From the NCBI GenBank assembly GCA_005191425.1, contig SUPR01000061.1:1-22224 (forward strand): 22,224 bases of DNA, given 5' to 3'. Shown here in pieces: positions 18,119 to 22,224 of the stretch. The translations under genes were made by a program, and so were the position numbers. The stretch is from Candidatus Helarchaeota ASGARD archaeon Hel_GB_B. Lineage in GTDB: Archaea > Asgardarchaeota > Lokiarchaeia > Helarchaeales > HEL-GB-B. How positions within the stretch are numbered: the first letter of the stretch is position 1; the number at the start of each line of letters is the position of its first letter. The notes under the pieces are model-generated. The model worked only from the letters and a program-made list of their open reading frames with translations. It did not search any database and was not told the origin of the DNA.

Positions 18119-19965
18119 TATTTTCCTCCCATTTTATCAATACAAAATTCAAGCCCCAAATCTTTTAATTTCTCCTTGGATGGAATGCCCTCCTTTGACC
18201 ATCCTCGAAGTTCATAATATTTATCTAACATTTTATCATATTCTTTCCGGTCAATTATCGCGCCTCTATTAGGTTCATTATTAAGTTTCTCTTTAAAAGT
18301 TCTTTCTGGTGGATAATCATAGCTTCTTACAGCTCCTTCTCTAACGTTAAAACATTTAACCAGATTGTGAATTCTTTCACCTATTTTTAGCATTTTTTCT
18401 CCATCCATTAGAATACCTGTAATTAACTGATATATTTCTGCTAATTCATTCACGCCAGAATAACAATTACCAGTAAATTTACAAATAATAAGAGAATCCA
18501 TAACAGCATATAAATTTTCAGAACTAATTATTGATTTAACATCATTTTGTCCAATTTTCATCCTTTCAATCCCGTTATTTGGATCAAGAATATAAGACCC
18601 ATTCTGTAAATAATTAGTCCCTGTAAGAGATACAGATAGAGCTAATGCAGTACTTTGTAGGGTCCTAAGAGAATACCCAGGTAATTCTAATCCTTTTATA
18701 TTCATTGCAAACTCTTTCGACCCATTTCCCCAAGTTTCTGCTGCAAATTTAGAACCTTTTGCCAATATTTTTCCGACTTCTGTTTTTCCGAATGCAATGT
18801 CCTCAATCATCTGGATTAATGCTTCTGTTTTACCAAACTTTAATTGAATTCCGCCAGTATCATTATCATTTATTATTCCTTTTTCATAACATTCCATAGC
18901 AAAAGCTATTGAAACTCCCACAGATATAGGATCAAGCCCATAATTGTCGCATAATGCTACTGCTTTAATAATTGATGGTATATCACTTATTCCACAACAA
19001 CTTCCTAATGCAAAAATTGATTCGTAGTCTAAGGGGGTAAATATACCTTTATATTTTCCCTTAGAAATATAAGAGATATGATTACATGCAACTGGACAAT
19101 TGGAACAAGCAATATTTTTTGTTACCCAGTTTTTAAGTATAGTTTCACCGCTTATTTCTTCGGATTTATTGAATGTACCGTGAATAAAGTTATTAGTAGG
19201 AAGTGCTCCTATTTTGTTTAAAACAGATACATTAGCGGGTGTACCTATATTTTTATATTTTGACATAATAGGACCGGATGCGGTCTTAACTAAGTCATAT
19301 GCTTTTTCCATAAAATTCTTATGATCTGCAACTTCGATGCTTTTTGTCCCACTAAATGCAATACATTTTAGGTTCTTAGAGCCCATTACTGCCCCTAACC
19401 CATTTCTGCCTGCTGGGCGGTTATTATTCTTTTTTAGACATCCTATCGGCGATAAATTCTCGCAAGCCTGCCCAATTGATATTACCGCTATCTTATCATC
19501 TTTATAAAGATTTTTAACATATTTTTCAGTTTGTTCGGTATCTTTTTTCCCCCAAAGATCCTTTGCAGAGTGAATTTCAATATTATCATCATTAATAAAT
19601 AAGAATACGGGATCTGGTGCCTTCCCTTTTATTTCTATAATGTCATATCCAGCCCTTTTCATTTGTTGCCCAATAGACCCATGGATAACTTCCATCCCAA
19701 AAAGTCCTGTTAATGGAGATTTAGCAAAAACACAACAATTTGAGCTTGAAGGTAATATAGTACCTCCAGCACATCCTGTCGCAAATACCAAAATATTTTC
19801 GGGCATTAATGGGTCTATACCTGGCTTCAGCTCGTCCCATAATATTTTTGCTCCAAATCCATATCCGCCAATATATTCCTCACAAAATTGATTAGTAATC
19901 GTATCTTTCTCAATTTTATTTTCACTTAAATTAATTTTTAATATATTTCCTGTATATCCTTTCAT
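18118..19965 (-). CDS. Aldehyde:ferredoxin oxidoreductase-family protein with divergent active-site motifs
   Basis: AOR fold motifs KSPLTG, GR.GLGAVMGSKNLK, CSNCPVAC, DSLIIC and FNVREG are present, but the SGR, DTIS and RGACH motifs are altered. Confidence 0.92.
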   Translation of the reverse strand: MKGYTGNILKINLSENKIEKDTITNQFCEEYIGGYGFGAKILWDELKPGIDPLMPENILVFATGCAGGTILPSSSNCCVFAKSPLTGLFGMEVIHGSIGQQMKRAGYDIIEIKGKAPDPVFLFINDDNIEIHSAKDLWGKKDTEQTEKYVKNLYKDDKIAVISIGQACENLSPIGCLKKNNNRPAGRNGLGAVMGSKNLKCIAFSGTKSIEVADHKNFMEKAYDLVKTASGPIMSKYKNIGTPANVSVLNKIGALPTNNFIHGTFNKSEEISGETILKNWVTKNIACSNCPVACNHISYISKGKYKGIFTPLDYESIFALGSCCGISDIPSIIKAVALCDNYGLDPISVGVSIAFAMECYEKGIINDNDTGGIQLKFGKTEALIQMIEDIAFGKTEVGKILAKGSKFAAETWGNGSKEFAMNIKGLELPGYSLRTLQSTALALSVSLTGTNYLQNGSYILDPNNGIERMKIGQNDVKSIISSENLYAVMDSLIICKFTGNCYSGVNELAEIYQLITGILMDGEKMLKIGERIHNLVKCFNVREGAVRSYDYPPERTFKEKLNNEPNRGAIIDRKEYDKMLDKYYELRGWSKEGIPSKEKLKDLGLEFCIDKMGGK

Positions 19966-20677
19966 TCTTAATCATCACTTTGTTTTTCTTAATGAACCTT
20001 TAGAATTAACTCAAAGAGGGAATACATTTTTCACTCTGAAGATATAATTTTAATATTACATTTTGCTTATTTTATATAAATGAAATTTTTTTTTTAAATG
20101 AACTTTATTTCACGGACATATTATTACAAAAACTTCTATTAAAAATTTTTATCTTTATACACATAATTCCTAATAATACTCATTACATGAATTTATTAAA
20201 TTTATGATCAAGATAGATTAGTTGATATTTAAAATTTTTTAATCTCTCTTTAACTTATCCGAATGAAAAAAAATAATTTAAATTAGCCCACAATAAGAAT
20301 GATGTATTTTAAGTCTTGAAATTAAATTTAAGCAAAAAAATAATATCCGATTTTATATATAATATTTCGGGGTAATTATAAATTATAAAATTTCAGAATT
20401 ATATTAAATTATGAATTTTAGCACTTCAAATATAGAAATCTTTTCGAAACTTTTTATAAATGTGTCCAATGTAGCTTATAGACTAAAAAATTTTATGAAT
20501 GTTTTTATTAAATGTAATTAGGAAAATTTGGATTTATTTTTTAATTGAATATTATTAATTATTATCGAATTTTCTCTTCTAAATAATTTTTCTCTATCTT
20601 TTAAATTGTTAAGATGTATCGAGAAGATTCGGATAAAAAATGGTAGATATTCCAGAGAATAAAACTAATTACTTTGT

Positions 20678-21001
20678 TTATCCACCACCAAATATTAAAA
20701 ACATTAAGACATTATCATTTTCTTTGAGTATTGTATTCAAGCCATTAAGGGCATTAATATGTTGGTCATTTATTAAAACAACGATCATATCTCTTATTTG
20801 AGAGAATGCATCTCCATATTTCTTGTTAAGAAAATTAAGTAAATCTAAGACGGACGTATTATTTTCAATATATAGGTTAATTGTTTTATTATTTCCAATA
20901 ATCGATGGCCAAGCAGATAGAAATTTAACCGTGATTTTAATACCTTTTTCCGATGATTTTTCTCCTTGAGTGATTTTACTTTTAGACATTTGAATTCCCA
21001 T
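20678..21001 (-). CDS. MoaD/ThiS/SAMP-like ubiquitin-fold sulfur carrier
   Basis: ITVKFL.., SVLDLL..L..KYG, IVVLIN..HI..L.GL.T.LKENDNV and a C-terminal ...IFGGG. Alternative start ATG at 20989. Confidence 0.88.
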   Translation of the reverse strand: MGIQMSKSKITQGEKSSEKGIKITVKFLSAWPSIIGNNKTINLYIENNTSVLDLLNFLNKKYGDAFSQIRDMIVVLINDQHINALNGLNTILKENDNVLMFLIFGGG

Positions 21002-21700
21002 ATTTTTTTTTCGTCTCGCAAAATTATAAAAATTTGATTAAACATTTTTTATGAATCTTTTGAAATTAATATTTGAAAAATAATGAAATTCTAGTTGTTA
21101 TTACATATTATTTCTTATTTTAAATAATTATTCCATAAATTAAAAAGGTTATTTATTGGTTAATTCTGTGCATTTTCAAAATATTTTTCATAATCTTCTA
21201 TGATTTTCCTTTTATATTTTTAAATTTTTAAGATATTATTAAAAAAAATCAGATTATTAGTAATTTTAATTATAAACAATCGATTTTCCAAAACTTAAAA
21301 ATAAATTAGATGGCATGTTATGAAAACAGATATAATTATATTTCTAATAAATAAACTAAAAAAGTGTTAAGAATTCATGTTTAACTATGATTTTTACTAA
21401 AAGTTTTTAATAAATATATTATTATCAAATAGATTTAACCGAATAATCAGAAAAGAGAGAAAAATACCACAGAAAAAGATGATATTAGGGATATAAAATA
21501 TAAATATAAATTTTTTGTTATAAAGTATATTTAATGGATGTATTAATTACAAGTGTTAATTTTACAAGATTAATAGTCTGATGTATTGTGAAAACATAAA
21601 ATTGAAATGATGAAAAAAGTAAAAGCAATTGACAACAAAAAATATAATGTTAATTTTAGCATAATTTTTTAGTATATTATCATTTAATTCAGAATTTTAC

Positions 21701-22224
21701 CAAAGTCATCCGAGAAAGCCACCTCATTTAGGGGGTGGATGAATCGGATAAGAATTGTTATTAAGATTAAGAATATTAAAAGGATATTAAAAACTATAGG
21801 TCTAAAAGAACTAGAGGTCTAAAAGGTTTAAAACTATAAAAATATAGTAAAAGTAACGAGGTCAAATGAGTAGATGAAAATTCATAGAGCAATCAAAGTC
21901 AGGTTATACCCGAATAAAGCACAAGAGGAGATGCTAAACAAGACCTTTGGTTGCTGTCGGTTCATCTACAACAAGATGCTCGAGGAACGGAACACGGTCT
22001 ATGAAGAATTGAAGGGTGATAGCCAAGCCCTTCACGACCATAGATATAAGACCGAGAAAGAGTATAAAGAGCAGTTTGAGTTCTTAAAAGAGGTGGACGC
22101 AAAAGCATTGCAATCTGAATGGAGACATCTTAAATCAGCTTATACGAACTTTTTCAGAAATCTGAAAAAAGGGATTAAGAGTGGCTTTCCCAAGTTTAAA
22201 TCCAAGAAATCACGGCAATCCTAT
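21701..22224 (+). mobile_element. IS200/IS605-family element (IS1341-like, no tnpA seen), left end to window edge
   Basis: Subterminal hairpin CCACCTC-ATTTAG-GGGGTGG (21719-21738) inside ATCCGA...TCGGAT (21708-21749). TTAC at 21697-21700, AAAG at 21715-21718, and tnpB starting 173 bp in. Confidence 0.8.
21874..22224 (+). CDS. tnpB: TnpB RNA-guided endonuclease (3'-truncated by window edge; absent from the ORF track)
   Basis: Own translation: MKIHRAIKVRLYPNKAQEEMLNKTFGCCRFIYNKMLEER...FEFLKEVDAKALQSEWRHLKSAYTNFFRNLKKGIKSGFPKFKSKKSRQSY. This has the HTH_OrfB_IS605 N-terminus and the FPKFK motif. Open to the window end. Confidence 0.95.
   Translation, partial: MKIHRAIKVRLYPNKAQEEMLNKTFGCCRFIYNKMLEERNTVYEELKGDSQALHDHRYKTEKEYKEQFEFLKEVDAKALQSEWRHLKSAYTNFFRNLKKGIKSGFPKFKSKKSRQSY

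Noticed and set aside
18601-18630. Idea that the second AOR lost its fourth Fe-S cysteine because RGACH is missing
   Set aside because: As I recall, the fourth ligand in Pyrococcus AOR is the Cys of the second DxxGL(C/D) motif, which is retained here as DSLIIC. Only pocket residues are changed.
19640-21045. ORFs 19640..19891 and 20845..21045
   Set aside because: The first is antisense to the AOR. The second is an alternative frame overlapping the MoaD gene.
19966-21696. Hidden genes, CRISPR array or tRNA in the two about 700-bp spacers
   Set aside because: No regularly spaced 25-40 bp repeats, no cloverleaf, and only ORFs of about 20 codons or fewer were seen apart from MoaD.
21866-21877. 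ATG AGT AGA TGA overlapping the tnpB start as a possible frameshifted N-terminus or leader peptide
   Set aside because: tnpB is complete from ATG 21874 with a normal N-terminus, and a three-codon ORF is expected by chance.

Overview
Very AT-rich prokaryotic window, most consistent with an Asgard archaeon (Lokiarchaeia/Helarchaeales-like). This is inferred from eukaryotic-signature proteins (a multi-domain gelsolin and a longin-like/Arf-like GTPase fusion), many Zn-ribbon and TPR proteins, tungsten AOR-family enzymes, an archaeal-type TrmI and GGTG/GAGGT-type Shine-Dalgarno motifs. It holds about 17 complete CDSs and two truncated by the window edges. In order: a partial membrane Zn-ribbon protein, a Zn-ribbon plus three-gelsolin-domain protein, a double Zn-ribbon protein, a 530-aa protein of eight three-helix (MIT/TPR-like) repeats, a flavin reductase, a TPR protein, a MOP-family flippase, a flavodoxin-ferredoxin fusion, a K+-dependent (probably Na+-pumping) membrane pyrophosphatase, a small membrane protein, a class II aldolase abutting a canonical AOR, a small multi-Cys Zn protein, a longin-GTPase-helical bundle-coiled-coil protein, TrmI, a 4Fe-4S subunit with a second AOR that has a divergent active site, a MoaD/ThiS protein, and the left end plus 5' part of tnpB of an IS200/IS605-family element. 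No rRNA, tRNA or CRISPR array was recognised. All calls come from motif reading by eye; no database search was run.
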